Source: Octopus vulgaris
Lineage: Eukaryota
Direction of reading: 5' to 3'
DNA: 64,000 nucleotides
NCBI GenBank assembly: GCA_951406725.2
Contig: OX597829.1
Coordinates: 24,180,001 to 24,244,000, forward strand
Below, in pieces: positions 14,308 through 27,099 of the stretch. Position 1 is the first letter of the stretch; each line of letters opens with the position of its first letter. A program made the translations under genes and the position numbers. Under the pieces are notes generated by a model. It had not been told where the DNA came from, did not search any database, and saw only the letters and a program-made list of their open reading frames with translations.

Positions 14308-14655
14308 TCACTTCTTGGAATCGAACTCAGAATCTTTGGGTTAGTAGCCCTCGCACTTAACCACTATGCCATATGCCCATGGGCATATGGCACAGTGGTT
14401 AATAGCGTGGGCTACTAACTCCAAGATTACGAGATCGATTCCAAGAAATGGCCTGAATAATAATAATAATAATAATAATAACATCAAAAAATGCATTAGG
14501 AATGAGAACCCAGATTCAAAATTTCTCCAAGACACCTGATGAAGGCTGAAGGTTATATCAGCCAAAACGTGCTAACAACAAACAAGATGGGGACAAAACA
14601 TCCATCGAATGTAAATAATGTACATAATTTTTCATCTCTTAAATATAGAACTGTA
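14028..14655. mobile_element. Head-to-head palindromic element: tRNA-like head + (AAT)n + hammerhead-bearing tail
   Basis: Axis at 14379/14380 (atatgccca|tgggcatat). Right arm has A box TGGCACAGTGG, B-box-like GAGATCGATTCC, then (AAT)n, then GACAC-CTGATGA-A-GGCTG..CAGCC-AAAAC-GT. Left arm is the reverse complement. Confidence 0.7.
14531..14575 (+). ncRNA. Decayed minimal hammerhead (partner copy 14074-14119 minus)
   Basis: The two arms carry different mutations; their consensus is ACAC-CUGAUGA-A-GGCUG-loop-CAGCC-GAAAC-GUU^GUGU. Confidence 0.6.
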
Positions 14656-15029
14656 TTATAATCAACCATTGTTTTACAGTATATGGCCCAAGAAATATGA
14701 AAGGCAAAGTTGACTGCAGTGAGATTTGAAATTGGGCTATAAAGAACTGGAAAAAAAAACAGCAAGTCATTTTTCATGGTACACTAATGTTTCTACAAAC
14801 TCACTGCCTTATTATAATTATCATTAATAATGATGATGATGATGATGATAATGATCGCTTCAGCCATCAGTTTCCGGGCATTTCGAAGTTGAATCAACCC
14901 TAATATATAACTGGAATTTAGGTATTTATTTTATCATTTCTAAACTACTAGTACTGTGGTCATGAACTTGGAACATTATTATAAACCATTCCTTAGAGTC
15001 TCAGGTCATTTCCATGGGAGGAATGCATA

Positions 15030-15034
15030 CAAAA

Positions 15035-15125
<91 letters not shown>

Positions 15126-15360
15126 TGTGTATATATGTATGTATATATATATGCATATCTAAATATATATATATCTTTTATATATATATGTGCATATATA
15201 TATATATATATATATATACATACATACATATATATATACACACATACAGACATACATACATATATACACATACATATGTGTATATTATATATATATATAT
15301 ATATACACACACATACATACATATGTATATATATATATGCCAATATATATAAATATATAC

Positions 15361-15411
<51 letters not shown>
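15030..15411 (+). repeat. (TA)n/(CA)n compound microsatellite
   Basis: Direct reading; comparable fields at 10480-11030, 19320-19625, 19900-20210, 31500-31925, 43720-43900. Confidence 0.95.
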
Positions 15412-15412
<1 letters not shown>

Positions 15413-15414
<2 letters not shown>

Positions 15415-15770
15415 CATGGCCGATGACAGTACTGCCTGATTGGCACTCATGCCAGTGGAACATTAAAAGCATCATCCAAGCATGATCGTTGCCAGGGTCA
15501 CTGACTGGCTCCTGTGCAGGTGGCATGTAAAAAACACCTTTTGTGTGTGGTCATTGCCAGTACCACCTGAATGGCTCTCGTGCAGATGGCACATAAAAGC
15601 ATCAACTACACTCTTGGAATGGTTGGCTTTAGGAAGGGTATCCAGCTGTAGAAACTTTGCCAGATCAGATTGGAGCCTGGTGCAGCCTTCTGGCTTGCCA
15701 CTCCTCAGTCAAACCGTCCAACCCATGCCTGCATTGTAAACCGGGTGTTAAACGATGATGACTATGATAT
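15413..15770 (+). mobile_element. RTE 3'-UTR fragment (short non-autonomous copy)
   Basis: Matches 49760-50113 (tggcacataaaa repeats, gccagatcagattggagcctggtgcagcc, GAT tail). Related fragments near 19624-19897(-), 21480-21700, 37400-37680, 45870-46030, 52160-52340(-), 55100-55270(-). Confidence 0.75.
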
Positions 15771-15866
15771 AAATATATATATATATATACATACACATAT
15801 AGAATATATATGAATATGTATATATATATATATATATATATACATACACATATAGAATATATATGA

Positions 15867-15918
<52 letters not shown>

Positions 15919-15947
15919 TTAAATATGGGTGTTATTCAAATTCTTTT

Positions 15948-16034
15948 ACTTCCGACATGTTTCGAAGATATCACTGATATTATTCCAAAGGAATAAGATG
16001 GTGTAAAACAATGTAATCTTCGCTTCAGGGAAAT
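15948..16034 (-). ncRNA. Type I hammerhead-like motif (core CUGAAGC) in a (TA)n-embedded element at 15911-16230
   Basis: AUUUCC-CUGAAGC-GAAGAU-[46 nt]-AUCUUC-GAAAC-AU-GUC^GGAAGU; helix I and stem II both pair; A9 is C. Confidence 0.65.
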
Positions 16035-16247
16035 GAAGAAATGAAACTCGTCAATAAGACACTTTAACAGAATATGAAGGATATGTATAGTAATTAACTG
16101 AACGCTATTAAGTTTCCTTTACCCCTCCTCTTTCTATAGGCTACCTTTGACGTTATATCCTCTAACGTTTCTTTAAAACAAACTTAATAGCATTCAGTTA
16201 ATCACTATACATATCCATCATATTCTGTTTATATATATATTGACAAG

Positions 16248-16310
<63 letters not shown>

Positions 16311-16314
16311 AATA

Positions 16315-16934
16315 TATAATCAAAATAAGCAACAAGAATAACTTCGCTAATTTGGTACGATCGTTTCACGCTACAGCATTTTATTAAATGTTGTAAGTAT
16401 TACAACAGTTTTAAAATGTTGAGCAATCATCAGCCATTGATAACATTATAGAGAAGGTAGATATATAGACAAAGATGTCGATTTAAATTTTAAGAACATT
16501 AAGGTAGTAGAGTTTATCAACTGACTGAAGAATATTCAGAATATTCTTCAGTCAGTTGAATATTCTGAAGAATATTCTGAATATTCTTCAGTCAGTTGAT
16601 AAACTCTACTACCTTAATGTTCTTAAAATTTAAATCGACATCTTCGTCTATATATCTACCTTCTCTATAATGTTATCAATTGATATGAAAATTATGTATT
16701 AATGGAAAACCTCTATTAATGGCTGATGATTGCTCAACATTTTAAAACTGTTGTAATACTTACAACATTTAATAAAATGCTGTAGCGTGAAACAATCGTA
16801 CCAAATTAGCAAAGTTATTCTTGTTGCTTATTTTGATTATAATCACCCCATGGATTTATATGGATAACACCATACACAATTCTAGTGCATCTAACTTAAG
16901 TACCATATTCATTTGAATCTAAATTTGGCTGAAC
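16315..16934. mobile_element. Fold-back element with hammerhead arms, inner palindrome and about 95-bp one-sided tail, in (TA)n
   Basis: Outer arms about 16315-16438 and 16717-16840; inner near-perfect palindrome about 16436-16682; tail 16841-16934. Confidence 0.75.
16348..16438 (-). ncRNA. Hammerhead-like motif (partner 16717-16808 plus)
   Basis: AAUGG-CUGAUGA-UUGCUCAACAUUUUA...UAAAAUGCUGUAGCGU-GAAAC-GAUC-GUA^CCA; helix III palindrome ACGAUCGU; non-canonical U/U at the base of stem II. Confidence 0.6.
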
Positions 16935-17665
16935 TTATATATAAATATATATATTTTTGCTTTTGGATTTGGAGGATGTCAGCTTGGAAAAGGGTATTTC
17001 ATCCTTGTTAATAAAGTGTACTTATGTATCTGCAGGATTCCTTGAGCGGTCCTTGATGACTGACCCCTGACCTTTCTTAGCTAGTTTTGTGTTTTTCTTG
17101 TTATTCTTAAGATTTTCTTCATACAGAATTTCATTGAAACCATTAGTCTGATTTGTATTCAATCTTCTGTACACTCCCCAATGTCTTTGGGCACATATGA
17201 TTAATACAGAAATAATAATAATGATTTCAAAATTTGGTACAAAGCCAGCAATTTTAAGGAAGGTTGTAAGTCAATTACATCAATCCCAGTACTTAACTGG
17301 TCCTTATTTTATCGACCCCAAAAAAATAAAAGACAAAACTGACTTCAACGGAATTTGAACTCAGAACATAAAGATGGATGAAATACTGCTGAGCATGACT
17401 CAGCCAGCTTGCCACCTTAATAATAACAAACACACACAAAGAGTTAAATTCACTTAAACATTCATTTATTTGGTGTCAAAATTTTTGTCACACCAACTGC
17501 AACATGGTTGTTGATGTGATTCCACTGTAACTAGATGCAATGGAAATATTTCACACCAAATGGTGTTTTAGTGAAGTTAACAATTTTCATATTTTTCAAA
17601 GACTAATATGTATTTTTCAAACTGTAATTGGGTTAGTTTCAACGTATGGTCTCTGATCAAATAAC

Positions 17666-17723
<58 letters not shown>

Positions 17724-17740
17724 ACTATTATTATCAATAA

Positions 17741-17952
17741 GACAGAGAGCTGGCAGAATCATTAGCACACTGAACGAAATGCTTTGTAGCATTTCATCTG
17801 CTTCTACGTTTGAGTTCAAATTCTGTCGTGGTTGACTTTGCCTTTCATCCTTTCAGGGTCGATAGATTAAGTACCAGTGTAACACTAGAGGTAATGTAAT
17901 CGACTAGTCCCTGCGTCCTAAATTATAGGCCTTGTGCCTTTAGTAGAAAGGA
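17741..17952 (+). mobile_element. tRNA-derived SINE, family B
   Basis: A box TGGCAGAATC, B box GAGTTCAAATT, body ctttcatcctttc..gataaattaagtaccag, (ATT)n tail. Minus-strand copies near 7820-7985, 9085-9300, 13165-13370, 17225-17418, 34920-35115, 60930-61100. Confidence 0.75.
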
Positions 17953-18702
17953 TTATTATTATTATTGTTATTATTACTTTTTCTTCTTCTTTCAAATTTG
18001 CTTCCATTTCTTGCCGAGTGTCTTCCCGACTCCTAGGGCAAAGAAACTCATAGTATACAATGGTAGGCCATTAAACCAAACTCAGTAGTTCGTTCATTTT
18101 TTTTTTTTATTGTTATTATTATCATTATTATTATTATTATTATTATTATCATTATTATTATTATTATTGTTATTATTATCTAGAAATGTTATGCATTCAG
18201 AGATTCTTTTTCTTTTTCATCAATGAGTTAAATACCTGATAATAACCTCAGTACCATTCAATTAACAGCATGTAGACCTCAAATGGGTGGGTATTTTGAA
18301 TACCCTCATGTTAAAATGCTGTGGGTGACAGTAATTGTTTCTTCCTTACAGACATTCCTTTAACTGTACACATGAATTTTTGTATTACAAGCAAAAGTCT
18401 ATTTCTGTCAGCTGGAATATGAAGCCTCTGTATGTAAGAGATGCCAATAGTTTCAGTGAAGTGAGATACCACATGGTTTTGGGTTGATTTTTACAGTGAG
18501 GCAACTTTGGCAAGTGTATTGTACTCCAGGTTGACAAAAAATCTTTTGATTGAATATAGTAGACAGAAACTGAAAAAAGCTCATTGTGTGTATATAAAAA
18601 CATATATGCATACATACATATGTACATATACACACATGTACACATATACATACATTTATATATATATATATACAATGTGTATATAAAGATATATATATAA
18701 AT

Positions 18703-20091
18703 ATAGTTAATCCAAACAAGAACAAGCAAGAAAAAACAACAACGTGAGGACGTGGAACAAGTACTGTGTTATTGGATGCTCAGAATAGGAAAGAAAGGAA
18801 AGAGGACTTCATGTTTCGAGCAGAGCTCTTCATCAGACATATAGAAAAAGTCCAAAGAAGGGAAGACGGGCAAAGAAAATTGCCAACGATACACACACAG
18901 TCACATTTTGAAATGACCGGAAGGAAATGGGTGCAGAAAAAGTTCTTTCTAAGACAGGTGAGTGTAAGAGAAGGATGTGTGTGCACATGCGTGCGTGCAG
19001 GTGTGTGTGTGTGTGTGTGTAATGATAACAGCGTATGTACGTATGTGTGTGTGGTTATGGCTGTTTATGTACGTTTGTGGTTGGACTTAGTGTCACTAAA
19101 GGTTGTAGGAAGAATTTATAGTAAGAATTTTGGTAGGAGTGGCTGTCTGTTGTGTGTCTCCCTATACATGTGCATAGGAGAATTGTCAGTAGAAAGGTAT
19201 TTAACTGGTAGTTTGAAGTATGTGTGCTTGCAAGCATGCATATATTGTGTGTTTGTGTGCGTTTTGTGCGCAGTGTGTGTATGTATGTATGTATGTGGGT
19301 ATGTGTGTATGCATGATGCATATACACATATATACATACATATACATATATATATACATACATATATACACACATTCATACATATATATATACATGCATA
19401 TATATATATATATACATGCATATATATATATATATACATGCATATATATACATACATGCATATATATATATATACATATAAACATACATATATACATACG
19501 TATATATACATACATGTATATATATATACATACATATATATATATATATACATATATATACATATATATACATATACACACACACACACATATATATATA
19601 TACACATACATACATACATATATATCATCATCATCATCATTTAACATCCTCTTTCCATGCTGGTATGAGTTGGATGGTTTGACTGAGGACTGGCAAACCA
19701 GAAGGCTGCACAGGGCTCCAATCTGATCTGGCAAAGTTTCTACAGCTGGATGCCCTTCCTAACGCCAACCAATCTGAGTTTAGTGGGTGATTTTATGTGC
19801 CACCGACTAGGGCCAGTCGTGTGGTACTGGTATCGACCATGCTCAAATGGTACATTTTATGTGCCACCTGCACAGGAGCCAGTTAAGCGACACTGGCATA
19901 TATACATACATATATATGCATATATATATACAAATATATACATACATACATATTCATATATATACATACATGTATATATATACATATATATATATACATA
20001 CATGTATATATACATACATGTATATATATACATATATATATACATACATGTATATATACATGCATGTATATATATATATACATATATATAT

Positions 20092-20166
<75 letters not shown>

Positions 20167-20295
20167 CATATATATACATACATATATAAGCATATATATA
20201 CATACATATACTTTCTTTCCTTCCTGAGCTTCCAATAACACTATACTTGTTCCACGTCCTTGCATTGTTGTGTTTTCATGTTTGGATTAACTTTA
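18703..20295. mobile_element. Inverted-end element with a minimal hammerhead-like motif at 18803-18840 (minus) and a nested RTE tail
   Basis: 18703-18800 is the reverse complement of 20211-20295; minus strand CUGAUGA-A-GAGC-UCU-GCUC-GAAAC-AUG. Confidence 0.55.
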
Positions 20296-20310
20296 TATAT
20301 ATATATATAT

Positions 20311-20722
20311 AATAGATAGGTAAGTAGAGTTAGCAGTTGGAATAACTGTCTAAGTGATAAGAATATCCATTTTACTACTGGCATAAATTACCTATGTTAA
20401 TGCTCATAGGATACAGGCAATAACGAAATAAACAAGAATTTATCAGGAATCAAATTTAAATTAAGCAGAAAATGGAGAAAACTTTTGATCAACAAATTGA
20501 CTACCATCAGTTATTATTTCTTAATACAAACCATTAACATTCCTAACAGCCGTTTCTGCTACCTATGTCAGTTCTCATAATTTTCTTTTGCAGCACCAAC
20601 TGACATAGGTAGCAGAAACAGCTGTTAGCAAAGCTAAAGTTTTGCATTAAAAAATTACTGATGGTAGTTAATTTTCCTGTTCATCAAAAGTTTTTGTCCA
20701 TTTTCTGCTTAATTAAAATTTG
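20311..20722. mobile_element. Diverged fold-back element carrying only the 3' half of a hammerhead
   Basis: Arms 20451-20573 and 20598-20722 with GAAACAGCTGTT / GAAACGGCTGTT; one-sided tail 20311-20450 next to (TA)n. Confidence 0.6.
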
Positions 20723-22097
20723 TTTTTCTCCTTGTTTTTTTTTTTTTTTGTCCCTTTCTGTAGAAGAGCGTAGGCTCGAAACAAAAAACTTTCTCAATTC
20801 TTGAGCGTTATACTAATACATCTGTTTGTTTTGTACACCACCTGTCTTCGTCTTTTGTTTTTTCGTGAACTATCCCTATATATATATATTATATATATAT
20901 ATATATACATACAAACATATATATATATATATACAAATATATATATATATATATACAAACATATATATATATACACACATATATACATATGTATAAACTT
21001 TGATTCTCCAGTTATATATACGTATGTATGTATATATACATACTTATGTATGTAAGTATGTGTGTATATTCATTTATGTATTTGAAAATTAACTTAATAA
21101 TCTTTAATGTTGTACGCAATTTTTGTATAGTTGGCTTTCTCATCTTTTATCTTTTTTTTAAATATATTTTTCATACAATATTTTTATGCATTGTTAGTTC
21201 CACTGCCTTCATTTTGAATCTTACTGTCTTATCTTTCTGTTTCCTTAAAAATTTTTTTCTCGTTTATATACTTTTTTCTCATGAAATTTCTATGCATGCT
21301 TTTTATTACTCCTTTGTTAAGAATGTTACTTACTGTAAATTACCTTATTTTGCTGTCCAGGTTTACCACATAGCTTAATAATATTCATTCAGATCTGAGT
21401 CAAATGGCGGCAAGAACAAGTGAATGAGACTTGTGGTGATTTGCTATGCCTGAGAAAATAAGTCAAGCTAAGTGAAATCATGGTTGTGGCCAGTGCTGGC
21501 CACATAAAAATCACCCATGCCAGTGACATGTAAAGGACACCCAAAATACTTATTGGAGTGGTTGACATTAGGAAGGGCATCCAGTCAAAGGAACCAAGCC
21601 AAAACAGAGAGGAGCCTGGTGCAGCTCTGCATCTTATCAGCTTCAGTCAAACTATCTAACCCATGCCAGCAAGGAAAATAGACATTAAAAGATGATGATG
21701 ATCTTTTCAACACCAAAGTTAATGATTTTATTGCCCCAACTTGAGACTCTCTTATCCCTCCTTCTCTTTAGTCCTCACCACTACCTAACCTCTTTCTTCT
21801 TCGGTAAATTCACATCTGTAAACATACCCACACTTTTTCCTTTTATGGCTACTTGCCTACAAAAAAATGATCTCCTTGGTAATTTAATTTTGATTTTTTT
21901 TTTCATTTGCCATTTGTCCTGTGAGTAAATTGGTGAATCGTTCACTCATCTTCATGGGGCAATATAAACAACTCAAAAGTAATTGGATTTCGGGATTAGA
22001 TTAAAAGGTTTTGTGTGTGACACAAGTTATGTAACAAATACTGTTTAGCTATGAAACATATGTAGTTTTATTTATCTTTCCCATTCCTAAATTTTTT

Positions 22098-22131
<34 letters not shown>

Positions 22132-22135
<4 letters not shown>

Positions 22136-24414
22136 AGATAAGAAAATGGAGAAATACATCTAAATCAAATATCAATTACCAGATAATACTCAATCACATA
22201 CTTTATTAAACCACCACGTAAGAGACTGTAGGGTTAAACGTAAAAAAGCAGAACAAATCAGTGTACATAAAAAAGTGTACATAAAAGAGTAATGTTGTAT
22301 AATAAGTAGAATATATATAAAAAAGAGAATATAAATATAAGTAAATATAAATATAAATATAGATTACTTCTTACAGCTGTTTCGACCATGTAGATAAGTA
22401 TGTCTCATTTTACCAATATTAGCCTTTTATGGTAGGTCAATATACAGATATAAATGAGACATTTACAAAAATATCATAAGGCCTCCTCGGAGATATACAT
22501 ATGAGGGCATATACTCACACTCCTATACACATAAAAATATACATATACATAATAATGTAAATAAATAATATAAATTAGTAAACATATATATGTTCCATAT
22601 TCAACGTTTCAGTTTTTCAACTTAATATTGTGATAATAAACATACACATATTAGTACCTAGATGCAAACATACATAGTCAATAGTACATTATATTACTAC
22701 CTACTAATTTCCAAAGTGTCATTAAAGTTAGCATCATTATCGTTGTCAATACCATTAATGCTACCATTATTATCATACGTAATATTATTAATAACGCTTA
22801 CATTAGGATCTGAAGTGGCACATATGTATGTCCGGGTTCCAGTTAGTAATTTTCCTTATGACATAAATACACTATTTGGATTTGAATTTAAATTATCCTT
22901 GTCTACCTCATGGTTGGTCCGTTGAGAGCCACCCGACCTCCACCACACCGCACAAGAAAAACATACACATCCACATCCAACCCTAAACCCACACGTCCAC
23001 ATAAAAACCCCCACACACATGAATACACCCGGACACATCCCTACGCATTCACTAGATTGCAGAGTGCATGTCTGTCATCGCATGGCTTATAGACAAATCA
23101 GTATAGGCAGCAGTGTCTATACACTAACACACACTCACACGCACATCCGCATATACTCATAAATATTAATACACTCTCATATACTGTATCAGGGAACATT
23201 CGCACACACATATATACATATTTAAATATATGTCAGTACAAATAAAACCTATACTTATATCCACCCATGAATAAATATTTGCATATACATATATACATAT
23301 CCAAATACGCACCTGCGTACTCATATGTATAAGAAAAACACATCTAGTGAATGCGTAGGGATGTGTCGGGGTGTATTCATGTGTGTGTGGGTTATTATGT
23401 AGACATGTGGGTTTAGGGTTGGATGTGTATGTTTTTCTTGTGCGGTGTGGTGGAGGTCGGGCGGCTCTCAACGGACCAACCATGATGTAGACAATGATAA
23501 TTTAAATTCAAATCCAAATAGTGTATTTATGTCATAAGGAAAATTACTAACTGGAACCCGGACATACATATGTGCCACTTCGGATCCTAATGTAAGCGTT
23601 ATTAATAATATTATGAATGATAATAATGGTAGCATTAATGGTATTGACAACGATAATGATGCTAACTTTAATGACACTTTGGAAATTAGTAGGTAGTAAT
23701 ATAATGTACTATTGACTATGTATATTTGCATCTAGGTACTAATATGTGTATGTTTATTATCACAATATTAAGCTGAAGAACTGAAACGTTGAATGTGGAA
23801 CATATATATGTTTACTAATTTATATTATTTATTTACATTATGTATATGTATATTTTTATATGTATATGCACTCATATGTATATCTCCGAGGAGGCCTTAT
23901 GCTATTTTTGTAAATGTCTCATTTATATCTGTATATTGACCTACCATAAAAGGCTAATATTGGTAAAATGAGACATACTTATCTACATGGCCAAAACAGC
24001 TGTAAGATGTAATCTATACTTATATTTATATTCTCTTTTTTATATATATTCTACTTATTATACAACATTACTCTTTTATGTACACTTTTTTATGTACATT
24101 CCTTTATGTACACTGATTTGTTCTGCTTTTTTATGCTTAACCCTACAGTCTCTTATGTGGTGGTTTAATAAAGTATGTGATTGAGTATTATCTGGTAATT
24201 GATATTTGATTTAGATGTATTTCTCCATTTTCTTATCTTGTATTAGTAATTTGTGGTAAATCATATTACCTTTGCCCATATAATACAGTAAATGAATTGA
24301 TTGCATCGCAATCCTTAACATTTATGTATTAACTTTGTTGGGTACTTCACTAGCAGTATATTGGATATATGTTATCCCATGGAGGGTTGCATTTACAACC
24401 CATATCTCAATTTG
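22132..24414 (-). mobile_element. Second, more truncated copy of the Penelope-like fold-back element (arms 22132-23057 and 23342-24242, tail 24243-24414)
   Basis: Highly similar to 191-4102 with the same outer termini; hammerhead copies at 22365-22497(-) and 23879-24011(+) with CCGAGGA core; (TA)n flanks. Confidence 0.85.
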
Positions 24415-24426
24415 TATATATATATC

Positions 24427-24469
<43 letters not shown>

Positions 24470-25013
24470 ATTTGCATGTGTATACTTGTGAGCAAGAATT
24501 GATGTTTCCTTCATCTGCAAGTATGTTCATTCATTGGTTGTAAACAGTGGTTCTGCTAACAATGTTAATTACTTGAAGTCCACTACAAAAACATGTTCAA
24601 GCATACTGATATGTCTGTGCAAACTTTGTAAGCAATAGTCTCATTCAACTGATGATGTTTGTTTCTGGTTATCCATCTAACCATATTGGAAGTGATTTTT
24701 GTTTGATAAACTTGGAGATTATTACTTTACTTAAAAACAGGATGGGGGAGGCAGTGTTAGTAAGGACACCCACTCATAGGAATCTCTACTCCAACATACT
24801 CTCATCTAATCCATGTAAGCATGGAAATGTAGATGTTAAAATGATAATGAACACTGTAAAGTGATTAGCATTTGAAAGGGCATCCAGCTGTAAAAACCCT
24901 GCCAAAAGAGACACAGTAGCCTGGGGTAGTATTCTACCTTCCCGGCTCCTGTCAACCATCGTACTCATATATGCATGGAAGACAGATGTTAAACGATGAT
25001 GATGATGATGATG

Positions 25014-25044
<31 letters not shown>

Positions 25045-26530
25045 TAAATATATATATATGCAGTATTTATTCTAACTAGAGTTCTAATCCTGCTAAAGTT
25101 AACCCTACCTTTCATCCTTTCAGAGGTGTATATGTTGAGGTGAAGTGGGGTGTCAATCAAAGAAAAGTATTAATCCATCCAGGGTAGTGGACTAGTGGAG
25201 TTTTTAGGGTGTTAGTAGTTGGGCTATCTTCTGGTATTTGCTCTGATGGCTAAGTTCTTTGAGTTTTGATGACAATGTCTGTGATGACCTTGCTGCCTTC
25301 CCTTTTGGACTTCAACAGTGGAGAAGGGAGACTTTCATGCAAGAATAACCACTAGACTTCAATGGTAAAAAAAAAATAAATATTAAAAAAAAAGCAATAA
25401 AAGAAGCTCAGGCCTGTATCTTGGAGAGGAATATTGCAGGCATAAAGACCATAGTCTCACAAGATATACAAATATACAGAGATACTGGAATATATTATTA
25501 CTATTGTGTTGCTTGTTACTCCTTACTACTCTCTTCAATCCTTCCTCCAACTTATATGTTGTTGGAGGAAGACCTCCAACTTACATGTTGTTAGAGGAAG
25601 ATCCATACACTGTACCCTTCTCCATCTTGTTATTTTCTCTAACCTTCCTTCCAACTCATATTTATCAATTCCCCACCTCCACTTCAACCTTTGATCTTCA
25701 TTCAGTATATTCACGTCCCTACTTCATCTCTAACCATTCCTCATTGCTTCCACACTCTTACAATCTCTATTCACCTACCCTTCCTGTTTTTCTACTCCCA
25801 GGGCTCATTGTGACACCTCATCACCACCAAGTCTTCTACCGTCTTCTGTCAAACATTATCCATATACATATATTATTTAATAAAAATCGGGATGCAAAGA
25901 AGTGAGAAAAGAATCCAATGTATATTGTGATCTATTAAACGATTTAACAAATAAAACATAGTTATAAAAAATATAAACATATATTCTTTGCTGAGTAGCA
26001 CATAGAAGAACTACACCTTGTCTTGGGCTAATTTACAGCAGATAGGCAAACAGGGTCACATCAGTGGTAAGGGTCTTTCTATGGTGATTTTTTAATCATA
26101 TGTTTTCAAAATAAACATTTAATGTGATATTTATTTACACATTTCTCTCTAAAATACTCAAATTCAAAGCGATATCCATAAAAAAAAATGCTTAATATTT
26201 AAAAAATAAGTAGATTTCTTAGCATTTCTTCCTAATTAATTTTTAATTATTTACACACCTATGTCAATTGTAAACCCTCTTTTCAATATGATAACCATTT
26301 TGCAGACTGCTTCTTGTTTTCATTATACATCATATAACTGCTCTAATTATAAACCCTGTTGTTATTGTGGTGTTAACCCTTCTATAGACCCACAGTACTG
26401 TTTATTGTTGTGTCTTAACTCTTACACAACTCACAGTACAGTGTTAACCTTAAAGAGTCGATAATACTTTTGTAATGTGTGTCAACTCTTACATAATACA
26501 CGGTGTGTGTATGTGTATATGTGTATGTAT

Positions 26531-26649
26531 ATCACGTGATCACGTGACCGACCAGACCATCAGATGTTTTTACACATCGCTGGTCACAATGCGTTCGCAT
26601 TGTTTTAGCCTTCGAATGACGCCACCCCGCTGGCTAAGCGAGCAGGCCA
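26531..26649. repeat. Dispersed short repeat (inverted homolog at 58-177) ending in tandem CACGTG
   Basis: Reverse-complement similarity to the window start (gctcgcttagccagc...cattgtgaccagc...ctggtcagtcac). Confidence 0.65.
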
Positions 26650-26653
26650 TGTG

Positions 26654-26699
<46 letters not shown>

Positions 26700-26864
26700 C
26701 AAATTGAAATTCTACTGAAGTTATAAAGAAAAACAATGTACATGTGTGAGGGAGCAAAAGATTTACATTTAGTTGCTGTTGTTGACAAAATATTGTGGTG
26801 TTGGTTGATTTCCAAAAGTTGAAATGATTTAAAGGTCAGATGTGTGCACACTGGCACACATGTC

Positions 26865-26917
<53 letters not shown>

Positions 26918-27099
26918 ATGAAATAATGATGAGTACATCTAATTTCCATAACACATTCTTGTACACATGGACATGAAAACAGCTTTCATATGTAGGGGTT
27001 AATGTTTTGAAGAGAGGTATGCATCATTGTTTTGTCCTGAATATTTCAGGTATGAATAATAATAATAATAGTAATAATAATGACAATAATAATATTCAT

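Noticed and set aside
14381-14455. Functional tRNA gene
   Set aside because: A and B boxes are present but there is no clean acceptor stem; it is a SINE-like head inside a repeat. The same applies to the SINE A and B heads.
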